This document shows positions 11,401 to 24,564 of a stretch of DNA of 64,000 nt, piece after piece; the first letter of the stretch is position 1; every line of letters begins with the position of its first letter. A model generated the notes under the pieces. The model did not search any database, was not told the DNA's origin, and saw only the letters and a program-made list of their open reading frames with translations. A program made the translations under genes and the position numbers. The DNA comes from Camelus dromedarius (lineage: Eukaryota), in contig NC_087436.1 of assembly GCF_036321535.1 (NCBI RefSeq), positions 3,844,001-3,908,000 of the forward strand, given 5' to 3'.

Positions 11401-14400
11401 GTTGCAGGAGAAACTTTTACTCTGGTATCTCAGTCTGTTTCCTAGTGCCGGTTTAAAGTTCCTGCACTTTTCACTGTAAAACCGAGTTGGAGCTAGTACC
11501 TAACCATATATATGTATGGATTGGAGTTTGCAACTGAAAAGAAACTTTGTGTTCCCAACAAGCTAGGTGAAGGACGGCTTTCACACACACTTCTCTCTCA
11601 GAACTGAGCATGTGTAGAGACGATCATTCATCTAGCAGAATGGGAACGGGTTGCAGGAGAAACATTTACTCTGGTTTCTCAGTCTGTTTCCTAGTGCCGG
11701 TTTGAAGTTCCTGCAGTTTTCACTGTAAAACCGAGTTTGAGCTAGTACCTCCCCATATATATGTATGCAGTGGAGTTTCCAAGTGAAAAGAAACTTTGTT
11801 TTCCCAACAAGCTAGGTGAAGGAAGGCTTTCACACACACTTATCTCTCAGAACTGAGCATGTGGAGAGACGTTCGTTAAACTAGCACAAAGGGAACGGGT
11901 TGCAGGAGAAACTTTTACTCTGATTTCTTAGTTGGTTTCCTAGTGCCGGTTTGAAGTTCCTGCAGTTTTCACTGTAAAACCGAGTTGGAGCTAGTACCTT
12001 CACATATATATGTATGGAGTGGAGTTTGCAACTGAAAAGAAACTTTGTGTTCCCAACAAGCTTGGTGTAGGAAGGCTTTCACACACACTTATCTCTCATA
12101 AATGAGCATGTGGAGAGACGTTCGTTCATCTAGCACAAAGGGAACGGGTTGCAGGAGAATCTTTTACTCTGGTTTCTCAGTCTGTTTCCTAGTGCCGGTT
12201 TGAAGTTCCTGCAGTTTTCACTGTAAAACCGAGTTGGAGCTAGTACCTCCCAATATATATGTATGGAGTGGAGTCTGCAACTGAAAAGAAACTATGTGTT
12301 CCCAACAAGCAAGGTGAAGGACTGCTTTCACACAGAATTATCTCTCAGAACTGAGCATGTGGAGAGACTTTCGTTCATCTAGCACAAAGGGAACGGTTTG
12401 CAGGAGGAACTGTTACTCTGGATTCTCAGTCTGTTTCCTACTACCGGTTTGAAGATCCTGCAGTTTTCACTGTAAAACCGAGTTGGAGCTAGTACCACCA
12501 CATATATATATATGGAGTGGAGTTTGCAACTGAAAAGAAACTTTTTGTTCCCAACAAGCTAGGTGAAGGACGTCTTTCACACACACTTATCTCTCAGAAC
12601 TGAGCATGTGGAGAGACGTTCGTTCATCTAGCACAAATGGAACGGGTTGCAGGAGAAACATTTTCTCTGGTTTCTCAGTCTGTTTCCTAGTGCCGATTTG
12701 AAGTTCCTGCACTTTTCACTGTAAAACCGAGTTGAAGCTAGTACCTAACCATATATATGTATGGATTGGAGTTTGCAACTGAAAAGAAACTTTGTGTTCC
12801 CAACAAGCTAGGTGAAGGACGGCTTTCACACACACTTATCTCTCAGAATTGCGCATGTGGAGAGACGTTCGTTCATCTAGCACAAAGGGAAAGAGTTGCA
12901 GGAGAAACTTTTACTCTGGTTTCTCAGTCTGTATCCTGTTGCCGGTTTGAAGTTCCTGCAGTTTTCACTGTAAAAACGACTTCGAGTTAGTACCTCCCCA
13001 TATATATATATGGAGTGGAGTTTGCAAGTGAAAAGAAACTTTGTTTTCCCAACAAGCTAGGTGAAGGACGGCTTTCACACACACTTACCTCTCAGAACTG
13101 AGCATGTGGAGAGACGTTCGTTCATCTAGCACAAAGGTAAAGGGTTGCAGGAGTAACTTTTACTCTGGTTTCTCAGTCTGTATCCTGTTGCCGGTTTGAT
13201 GTCCTGCAGTTTTCACTATAAAACCGAGTTGGAGCTAGTCCCTTCCCATATATATGTATGGAGTGGAGTTTGCAACTGAAAAGAAACTATTTGTTCCCAA
13301 CAAGCTAGGTGAAGTACGGCTTTCACACACACTTATCTCTCAGAACTGAGCATGTGGAGAGACGTTCGTTCATCTAGCAGAAAGGGAACGGGTTGCAAGA
13401 GAAACTATTACTCTGGTTTCTCAGTCTGTTTCCTAGTGCCGGTTTGAAGTTCCTGCAGTTTTCACTGTAAAAACGATTTGGAGATAGTACCTCCCCATAT
13501 ATATGTATGGAGTGGAGTTTGCAAGTGAAAAGAAACTTTGTTTTCCCAACAAGCTAGGTGAAGGACGGCTTTCACACACACTTACCTCTCAGAACTGAGC
13601 ATTTGGAGAGACGTTCGTTCATCTAGCACAAAGGAAAAGGGTTGCAGGAGAAACTTTTACTCTTGTTTCTCAGTCTGTAGCCTGTTGCCGGTTTGATGTT
13701 CCTGCAGTTTTTACTATTAAAACGAGTTGAAGCTTGTACCTCCCCATATATATGTATGGAGTGGAGTTTGCAACTGAAAAGAAACTTTGTGTTCCCAAAA
13801 AGCTAGGTGAAGGACGGCTTTCACACACACTTCTCTCTCAGAACTGAGCATGTGTAGAGACGATCATTCATCTAGCAGAATGGGAACGGGTTGCAGGAGA
13901 AACATTTACTCTGGTTTCTCAGTCTGTTTCCTAGTGCCGGTTTAAAGTTCCTGCACTTTTCACTGTAAAACCGAGTTGGAGCTAGTACCTCCCCATATAT
14001 ATGTATGGATTGGAGTTTGCAACTGAAAAGAAACTTTGTGTTCCCAAAAAGCTAGGTGAAGGACGGCTTTCACACACACTTCTCTCTCAGAACTGAGCAT
14101 GTGTAGAGACGATCATTCATCTAGCAGAATGGGAACGGGTTGCAGGAGAAACATTTACTCTGGTTTCTCAGTCTGTTTCCTAGTGCCGATTTGAAGTTCC
14201 TGCAGTTTTCACTGTAAATCCGAGTTGGAGATAGTACCTCCCCATATATATGTATGGAGTGGAGTTTGCAAGTGAAAAGAAACTTTGTTTTCCCAACAAG
14301 CTAGGTGAAGGACGGCTTTCACACACACATATCTCTCAGAACTGAGCATGTGGAGAGACGTTCATTCATATAGCACAAAGGGAACGGTTTGCAGGAGAAA

Positions 14401-17400
14401 CTTTTACTCTGGTTTCTCAGTCTGTTTCCTAGTGCCGTTTTGAAGTTCCTGCAGTTTTCACTGTAAAACCGAGTTTGAGCTAGTACCTCCCCATATATAT
14501 GTATGCAGTGGAGTTTCCAAGTGAAAAGAAACTTTGTTTTCCCAACAAGCTAGGTGAAGGAAGGCTTTCACACACACTTATCTCTCAGAACTGAGCATGT
14601 GGAGAGACGTTCGTTAAACTAGCACAAAGGGAACGGGTTGCAGGAGAAACTTTTACTCTGATTTCTTAGTCTGTTTCCTAGTGCCGGTTTGAAGTTCCTG
14701 CAGTTTTCACTGTAAAACCGAGTTTGAGCTAGTACCTCCCCATATATATGTATGCAGTGGAGTTTCCAAGTGAAAAGAAACTTTGTTTTCCCAACAAGCT
14801 AGGTGGAGGAAGGCTTTCACACACACTTATCTCTCAGAACTGAGCATGTGGAGAGACGTTCGTTAAACTAGCACAAAGGGAACGGGTTGCAGGAGAAACT
14901 TTTACTCTGATTTCTTAGTCTGTTTCCTAGTGCCGGTTTGAAGTTCCTGAAGTTTTCACTGTAAAACCGAGTTGGAGCGAGTACCTTCACATATATATGT
15001 ATGGAGTGGAGTTTGCAACTGAAAAGAAACTTTGTGTTCCCAACAAGCTTGGTGTAGGAAGGCTTTCACACACACTTATCTCTCATAAATGAGCATGTGG
15101 AGAGACGTTCGTTCATCTAGCACAAAGGGAACGGGTTGCAGGAGAAACTTTTACTCTGGTTTCTCAGTCTGTTTCCTAGTGCCGGTTTGAAGTTCCTGCA
15201 GTTTTCACTGTAAAACCGAGTTGGAGCTAGTACCTCCCAATATATATGTATGGAGTGGAGTCTGCAACTGAAAAGAAACTATGTGTTCCCAACAAGCAAG
15301 GTGAAGGACTGCTTTCACACAGAATTATCTCTCAGAACTGAGCATGTGGAGAGACTTTCGTTCATCTAGCACAAAGGGAACGGTTTGCAGGAGAAACTGT
15401 TACTCTGGATTCTCAGTCTGTTTCCTACTGCCGGTTTGAAGATCCTGCAGTTTTCACTGTAAAACCGAGTTGGAGCTAGTACCACCACATATATATGTAT
15501 GGAGTGGAGTTTGCAACTGAAAAGAACCTTTTTGTTCCCAACAAGCTAGGTGAAGGACGTCTTTCACACACACTTATCTCTCAGAACTGAGCATGTGGAG
15601 AGACGTTCGTTCATCTAGCACAAAGGTAAAGGGTTGCAGGAGTAATTTTTACTCTGGTTTCTCAGTCTGTATCCTGTTGCCGGTTTGATGTCCTGCAGTT
15701 TTCACTATAAAACCGAGTTGGAGCTAGTCCCTTCCCATATATATGTATGGAGTGGAGTTTGCAACTGAAAAGAAACTATTTGTTCCAAACAAGCTAGGTG
15801 AAGGACGTCTTTCACACACACTTATCTCTCAGAACTGAGCATGTGGAGAGACGTTCGTTCATCTAGCACAAAGGAACGGGTTGCAGAAGGAACTTTTACT
15901 CTGGTTTCCCAGTCTGTTTCCAAGTGCCGGTTTGATGTTCCTGCAGTTTTCACTGTAAAACCGATTTGGAGCAAGTACCTCCCCATATATATCTATGGAG
16001 TGAAGTTTGCAACTGAAAAGAAACTTTGTGTTCCCAACAAGCTAGGTGAAGCACGGCTTTCACACACACTTATCTCTCAGAATTGAGCATGTGGAGAGAC
16101 GTTCGTTCATCTAGCAGAAAGGGAACGGGTTGCAAGAGAAACTATTACTCTGGTTTCTCAGTCTGTTTCCTAGTGCCGGTTTGAAGTTCCTGCAGTTTTC
16201 ACTGTAAAACCGAGTTGGAGCTTGTACCTCCCAATATATATGTATGGAGTGGAGTCTGCAACTGAAAAGAAACTATGTGTTCCAACAAGCAAGGTGAATG
16301 ACTGCTTTCACACACACTTATCTCTCAGAACTGAGCATGTGGAGAGACTTTCGTTCATCTAGCACAAAGGGAACGGGTTGCAGAAGAAACTATTACTCTG
16401 GATTCTCAGTCTGTTTCCTACTGCCGGTTTGAAGATCCTGCAGTTTTCACTGTAAAACCGAGTTGGAGCTAGTACCACCACATATATATGTATGGAGTGG
16501 AGTTTGCAACTGAAAAGAAACATTTTGTTCCCAACAAGCTATGTGAAGGACGTCTTTCACACACACTTATCTCTCAGAACTGAGCATGTGGAGAGACGTT
16601 CGTTCCTCTAGCACAAATGGAACGGGTTGCAGGAGAAACTATTTCTCTGGTTTCTCAGTCTGTTTCCTAGTGCCGGTTTGAAGTTCCTACACTTTTCACT
16701 GTAAAACCGAGTTGGAGCTAGTACCTAACCATATATATGTATGGATTGGAGTTTGCAACTGAAAAGAAACTTTGTGTTCCCAACAAGCTAGGTGAATGAC
16801 GGCTTTCACACACACTTATCTCTCAGAACTGAGCATGTGGAGAGACGTTCGTTCATCTAGCACAAAAGGAACGGGTTGCAGGAGAAACTTTTACTCTGGT
16901 TTCTCAGTCTGTTTCCTAGTGCCGGTTTAAAGTTCCTGCAGTTTTCACTGTAAAACCGAGTTGGAGCTATTACCTCCCCATATATATCTATGGAGTGGAG
17001 TTTGCAACTGAAAAGAAACTTTGTGTTCCCAACAAGCTAGGTGAAGGACGGCTTTCACACACACTTCTCTCTCAGAACTGAGCATGTGTAGAGACGATCG
17101 TTCATCTAGCCGAATGGGAACGGTTTGCAGGAGAAACATTTACTCTGGTTTCTCAGTCTGTTTCCTAGTGCCGATTTGAAGTTCCTGCAGTTTTCACTGT
17201 AAATCCGAGTTGGAGATAGTACCTCCCCATATATATGTATGGAATGGTGTTTGCCAGTGAAAAGGAACTCTGTGTTCCTAACAAGCTTAGTGAAGGACGG
17301 CTTTCACACACACTTATCTCTCAGAACTGAGCATGTGGATAGACGTTCGTTCATCTTGCACAAAGAGAATGGTTTGCAGGAGAAACTATTACTCTGTTTT

Positions 17401-20400
17401 CTCAGTCTGTTTCCTAGTGCTGGTTTGAAGTTCCTGCACTTTTCACTGTAAAACCGAGTTGGAGCTAGTACCTCCCCATATATTTGTATGGAGTGTAGTT
17501 GCAACTGAAAAGAAACTTTGTTTTCCCAACAAGCTAGGTGAAGGACGGCTTTCACACACACTTATCTCTCAGAACTGAGCATGTGGAGAGACGTTCGTTC
17601 ATCTAGCACAAAGGGAAAGGGTTGCAGGTGAAACTTTTAACTGGTTTCTCAGTCTGTATCCTGTTGCCGGTTTGAAGTTCCTGCAGTTTTCACTGTAAAA
17701 CCGAGTTGGAGCCAGTACCTCGCCATATATATCTATGGAGTGGAGTTTGCAACTGAAAAGAAAATTTGTGTTCCCAACAGGCTAGGTGAAGGACGGCTTT
17801 CACACACACTTATCTCTCAGAACTGAGCATGTGGAGATTCGTTCGTTCATCTAGCACAAAGGAACGGGTTGCAGGAGGAACTTTTACTCTGGTTTCCCAG
17901 TCTGTTTCCAAGTGCCGTTTTGAAGTTCCTGCAGTTTTCACTGTAAAACCGATTTGGAGCAAGTAAATGCCCATATATATCTATGGAGTGAAGTTTGCAA
18001 CTGAAAAGAAACTTTGTGTTCCCAACAAGCTAGGAGAAGGACGGCTTTCACACACACTTATCTCTCAGAACTGAGCATGTGGAGAGACGTTCGTTCATCT
18101 AGCACAAACGGAACGGTTTGCAGGAGAAACATTTACTCTGGTTTCTCAGTCTGTTTCCTAGTGTCGTTTTGAAGTTCCTGCAGTTTTCACTGTAAAACCG
18201 AGTTGAAGCTTGTACCTCCCCATATATATGTATGCATTGGAATTTGCAACTGAAAAGAAAATTTGTGTTCCCAACAAGCTAGGTGAAAGACGGCTTTCAC
18301 ACACACTTATCTCTCAGAACTGAGCATGAGGAGAGACGTTCGTTCATCTAGCACAAAGGGAACGGGTTGCAGGAGAAAAGTTACTCTGGTTTCTCAGTCT
18401 GTTTCCTAGTGCCGGTTTGAAGTTCCTGCAGTTTTCAATGTAAAACATAGTTGGAGCTAGTACCTCCCCATATATATGTATGGAGTGGAGTTTGCAAGTG
18501 AAAAGAAACTTTGTTTTCCCAACAAGCTAGGTGAAGGACGGCTTTCACACACACTTATCTCTCAGAACTGAGCATGTGGAGAGACGTTCATTCATATAGC
18601 ACAAAGGGAACGGTTTGCAGGAGAAACTTTTACTCTGGTTTCTCAGTCTGTTTCCTAGTGCCGTTTTGAAGTTCCTGCAGTTTTCACTGTAAAACCGAGT
18701 TTGAGCTAGTACCTCCCCATATATATGTATGCAGTGGAGTTTCCAAGTGAAAAGAAACTTAGTTTTCCCAACAAGCTAGGTGAAGGAAGGCTTTCACACA
18801 CACTTATCTCTCAGAACTGAGCATGTGGAGAGACGTTCGTTAAACTAGCACAAAGGGAACGGGTTGCAGGAGAAACTTTTACTCTGATTTCTTAGTCTGT
18901 TTCCTAGTGCCGGTTTGAAGTTCCTGCAGTTTTCACTGTAAAACCGAGTTTGAGCTAGTACCTCCCCATATATATGTATGCAGTGGAGTTTCCAAGTGAA
19001 AAGAAACTTAGTTTTCCCAACAAGATAGGTGAAGGAAGGCTTTCACACACACTTATCTCTCAGAACTGAGCATGTGGAGAGACGTTCGTTAAACTAGCAC
19101 AAAGGGAACGGGTTGCAGGAGAAACTTTTACTCTGATTTCTTAGTCTGTTTCCTAGTGCCGGTTTGAAGTTCCTGCAGTTTTCACTGTAAAACCGAGTTT
19201 GAGCTAGTACCTCCCCATATATATGTATGCAGTGGAGTTTCCAAGTGAAAAGAAACTTTGTTTTCCCAACAAGCTAGGTGAAGGAAGGCTTTCACACACA
19301 CTTATCTCTCAGAACTGAGCATGTGGAGAGACGTTCGTTAAACTAGCACAAAGGGAACGGGTTGCAGGAGAAACTTTTACTCTGATTTCTTAGTCTGTTT
19401 CCTAGTGCCGTTTTGAAGTTCCTGCAGTTTTCACTGTAAAACCGAGTTGGAGCTAGTACCTTCACATATATATGTATGGAGTGGAGTTTGCAACTGAAAA
19501 GAAACTTTGTGTTCCCAACAAGCTTGGTGTAGGAAGGCTTTCACACACACTTATCTCTCATAAATGAGCATGTGGAGAGACGTTCGTTCATCTAGCACAA
19601 AGGGAACGGGTTGCAGGAGAATCTTTTACTCTGGTTTCTCAGTCTGTTTCCTAGTGACGGTTTGAAGTTCCTGCAGTTTTCACTGTAAAACCGAGTTGGA
19701 GCTAGTACCTCCCAATATATATGTATGGAGTGGAGTCTGCAACTGAAAAGAAACTATGTGTTCCCAACAAGCAAGGTGAAGGACTGCTTTCACACAGAAT
19801 TATCTCTCAGAACTGAGCATGTGGAGAGACTTTCGTTCATCTAGCACAAAGGGAACGGTTTGCAGGAGGAACTGTTACTCTGGATTCTCAGTCTGTTTCC
19901 TACTACCGGTTTGAAGATCCTGCAGTTTTCACTGTAAAAACGATTTCGAGTTAGTACCTCCCCATATATATATATGGAGTGGAGTTTGCAAGTGAAAAGA
20001 AACTTTGTGTTCCCAACAAGCTAGGTGAAGGACGGCTTTCACACACACTTATCTCTCAGAACTGAGCATGTGGAGAGACGTTCGTTCATCTAGCAGAAAG
20101 GGAACGGGTTGCAAGAGAAACTATTACTCTGGTTTCTCAGTCTGTTTCCTAGTGCCGGTTTGAAGTTCCTGCAGTTTTCACTGTAAAAACGATTTGGAGC
20201 TAGTACCTCCCCATATATATGTATGGAGTGGAGTTTGCAAGTGAAAAGAAACTTTGTTTTCCCAACAAGCTAGGTGAAGGACGGCTTTCACACACACTTA
20301 CCTCTCAGAACTAAGCATTTGGAGAGACGTTCGTTCATCTAGCACAAAGGAAAAGGGTTGCAGGAGAAACTTTTACTCTTGTTTCTCAGTCTGTAGCCTG

Positions 20401-22822
20401 TTGCCGGTTTGATGTTCCTGCAGTTTTCACTATAAAAACGAGTTGAAGCTTGTACCTCCCCATATATATGTATGGAGTGGAGTTTGCAACTGAAAAGAAA
20501 CTTTGTGTTCCCAACAAGCTAGGTGAAGGACGGCTTTCACACACACTTATCTCTCAGAACTGAGCATGTGGAGAGACGTTCGTTCATGTAGCACAAAGGG
20601 AACGGGTTGCAGGAGAAACTTTTACTCTGGTATCTCAGTCTGTTTCCTAGTGCCGGTTTAAAGTTCCTGCACTTTTCACTGTAAAACCGAGTTGGAGCTA
20701 GTACCTAACCATATATATGTATGGATTGGAGTTTGCAACTGAAAAGAAACTTTGTGTTCCCAACAAGCTAGGTGAAGGACGGCTTTCACACACACTTCTC
20801 TCTCAGAACTGAGCATGTGTAGAGACGATCATTCATCTAGCAGAATGGGAACGGGTTGCAGGAGAAACATTTACTCTGGTTTCTCAGTCTGTTTCCTAGT
20901 GCCGGTTTGAAGTTCCTGCAGTTTTCACTGTAAAACCGAGTTTGAGCTAGTACCTCCCCATATATATGTATGCAGTGGAGTTTCCAAGTGAAAAGAAACT
21001 TTGTTTTCCCAACAAGCTAGGTGAAGGAAGGCTTTCACACACACTTATCTCTCAGAACTGAGCATGTGGAGAGACGTTCGTTAAACTAGCACAAAGGGAA
21101 CGGGTTGCAGGAGAAACTTTTACTCTGATTTCTTAGTTGGTTTCCTAGTGCCGGTTTGAAGTTCCTGCAGTTTTCACTGTAAAACCGAGTTGGAGCTAGT
21201 ACCTTCACATATATATGTATGGAGTGGAGTTTGCAACTGAAAAGAAACTTTGTGTTCCCAACAAGCTTGGTGTAGGAAGGCTTTCACACACACTTATCTC
21301 TCATAAATGAGCATGTGGAGAGACGTTCGTTCATCTAGCACAAAGGGAACGGGTTGCAGGAGAATCTTTTACTCTGGTTTCTCAGTCTGTTTCCTAGTGC
21401 CGGTTTGAAGTTCCTGCAGTTTTCACTGTAAAACCGAGTTGGAGCTAGTACCTCCCAATATATATGTATGGAGTGGAGTCTGCAACTGAAAAGAAACTAT
21501 GTGTTCCCAACAAGCAAGGTGAAGGACTGCTTTCACACAGAATTATCTCTCAGAACTGAGCATGTGGAGAGACTTTCGTTCATCTAGCACAAAGGGAACG
21601 GTTTGCAGGAGGAACTGTTACTCTGGATTCTCAGTCTGTTTCCTACTACCGGTTTGAAGATCCTGCAGTTTTCACTGTAAAACCGAGTTGGAGCTAGTAC
21701 CACCACATATATATATATGGAGTGGAGTTTGCAACTGAAAAGAAACTTTTTGTTCCCAACAAGCTAGGTGAAGGACGTCTTTCACACACACTTATCTCTC
21801 AGAACTGAGCATGTGGAGAGACGTTCGTTCATCTAGCACAAATGGAACGGGTTGCAGGAGAAACATTTTCTCTGGTTTCTCAGTCTGTTTCCTAGTGCCG
21901 ATTTGAAGTTCCTGCACTTTTCACTGTAAAACCGAGTTGAAGCTAGTACCTAACCATATATATGTATGGATTGGAGTTTGCAACTGAAAAGAAACTTTGT
22001 GTTCCCAACAAGCTAGGTGAAGGACGGCTTTCACACACACTTATCTCTCAGAATTGCGCATGTGGAGAGACGTTCGTTCATCTAGCACAAAGGGAAAGAG
22101 TTGCAGGAGAAACTTTTACTCTGGTTTCTCAGTCTGTATCCTGTTGCCGGTTTGAAGTTCCTGCAGTTTTCACTGTAAAAACGACTTCGAGTTAGTACCT
22201 CCCCATATATATATATGGAGTGGAGTTTGCAAGTGAAAAGAAAATTTGTTTTCCCAACAAGCTAGGTGAAGGACGGCTTTCACACACACTTACCTCTCAG
22301 AACTGAGCATGTGGAGAGACGTTCGTTCATCTAGCACAAAGGTAAAGGGTTGCAGGAGTAACTTTTACTCTGGTTTCTCAGTCTGTATCCTGTTGCCGGT
22401 TTGATGTCCTGCAGTTTTCACTATAAAACCGAGTTGGAGCTAGTCCCTTCCCATATATATGTATGGAGTGGAGTTTGCAACTGAAAAGAAACTATTTGTT
22501 CCCAACAAGCTAGGTGAAGGACGGCTTTCACACACACTTATCTCTCAGAACTGAGCATGTGGAGAGACGTTCGTTCATCTAGCAGAAAGGGAACGGGTTG
22601 CAAGAGAAACTATTACTCTGGTTTCTCAGTCTGTTTCCTAGTGCCGGTTTGAAGTTCCTGCAGTTTTCACTGTAAAAACGATTTGGAGATAGTACCTCCC
22701 CATATATATGTATGGAGTGGAGTTTGCAAGTGAAAAGAAACTTTGTTTTCCCAACAAGCTAGGTGAAGGACGGCTTTCACACACACTTACCTCTCAGAAC
22801 TGAGCATTTGGAGAGACGTTCG
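5500..22822. repeat. 37-monomer (9205 bp period) near-identical tandem duplication
   Basis: Identical ORFs lie at a constant offset of 9205 (6636/15841, 7740/16945, 8034/17239, 12757/21962). Private variant 'cctgaag...gagcgag' occurs at 5741 and 14946. Confidence 0.95.
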
Positions 22823-24564
22823 TTAAACTAGCACAAAGGGAACGGGTTGCAGGAGAAACTTTTACTCTGATTTCTTAGTCTGTTTCCTAGTGCCGGTTTG
22901 AAGTTCCTGCAGTTTTCACTGTAAAACCGAGTTGGAGCTAGTACCTTCACATATATATGTATGGAGTGGAGTTTGCAACTGAAAAGAAACTTTGTGTTCC
23001 CAACAAGCTTGGTGTAGGAAGGCTTTCACACACACTTATCTCTCATAAATGAGCATGTGGAGAGACGTTCGTTCATCTAGCACAAAGGGAACGGGTTGCA
23101 GGAGAATCTTTTACTCTGGTTTCTCAGTCTGTTTCCTAGTGCCGGTTTGAAGTTCCTGCAGTTTTCACTGTAAAACCGAGTTGGAGCTAGTACCTCCCAA
23201 TATATATGTATGGAGTGGAGTCTGCAACTGAAAAGAAACTATGTGTTCCCAACAAGCAAGGTGAAGGACTGCTTTCACACAGAATTATCTCTCAGAACTG
23301 AGCATGTGGAGAGACTTTCGTTCATCTAGCACAAAGGGAACGGTTTGCAGGAGGAACTGTTACTCTGGATTCTCAGTCTGTTTCCTACTACCGGTTTGAA
23401 GATCCTGCAGTTTTCACTGTAAAACCGAGTTGGAGCTAGTACCACCACATATATATATATGGAGTGGAGTTTGCAACTGAAAAGAAACTTTTTGTTCCCA
23501 ACAAGCTAGGTGAAGGACGTCTTTCACACACACTTATCTCTCAGAACTGAGCATGTGGAGAGACGTTCGTTCATCTAGCACAAATGGAACGGGTTGCAGG
23601 AGAAACATTTTCTCTGGTTTCTCAGTCTGTTTCCTAGTGCCGATTTGAAGTTCCTGCACTTTTCACTGTAAAACCGAGTTGAAGCTAGTACCTAACCATA
23701 TATATGTATGGATTGGAGTTTGCAACTGAAAAGAAACTTTGTGTTCCCAACAAGCTAGGTGAAGGACGGCTTTCACACACACTTATCTCTCAGAATTGCG
23801 CATGTGGAGAGACGTTCGTTCATCTAGCACAAAGGGAAAGAGTTGCAGGAGAAACTTTTACTCTGGTTTCTCAGTCTGTATCCTGTTGCCGGTTTGAAGT
23901 TCCTGCAGTTTTCACTGTAAAAACGACTTCGAGTTAGTACCTCCCCATATATATATATGGAGTGGAGTTTGCAAGTGAAAAGAAACTTTGTTTTCCCAAC
24001 AAGCTAGGTGAAGGACGGCTTTCACACACACTTACCTCTCAGAACTGAGCATGTGGAGAGACGTTCGTTCATCTAGCACAAAGGTAAAGGGTTGCAGGAG
24101 TAACTTTTACTCTGGTTTCTCAGTCTGTATCCTGTTGCCGGTTTGATGTCCTGCAGTTTTCACTATAAAACCGAGTTGGAGCTAGTCCCTTCCCATATAT
24201 ATGTATGGAGTGGAGTTTGCAACTGAAAAGAAACTATTTGTTCCCAACAAGCTAGGTGAAGTACGGCTTTCACACACACTTATCTCTCAGAACTGAGCAT
24301 GTGGAGAGACGTTCGTTCATCTAGCAGAAAGGGAACGGGTTGCAAGAGAAACTATTACTCTGGTTTCTCAGTCTGTTTCCTAGTGCCGGTTTGAAGTTCC
24401 TGCAGTTTTCACTGTAAAAACGATTTGGAGATAGTACCTCCCCATATATATGTATGGAGTGGAGTTTGCAAGTGAAAAGAAACTTTGTTTTCCCAACAAG
24501 CTAGGTGAAGGACGGCTTTCACACACACTTACCTCTCAGAACTGAGCATTTGGAGAGACGTTCG
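21080..24564. repeat. 7-monomer (1742 bp) duplication nested in the second 37-mer copy
   Basis: An identical 77-aa ORF occurs at 21962 and 23704. There is a chimeric monomer at ~22810-22825. After ~24564 the sequence again matches copy 1 at offset 10947 ('aggtggagga' at 14801 and 25748). Confidence 0.9.
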
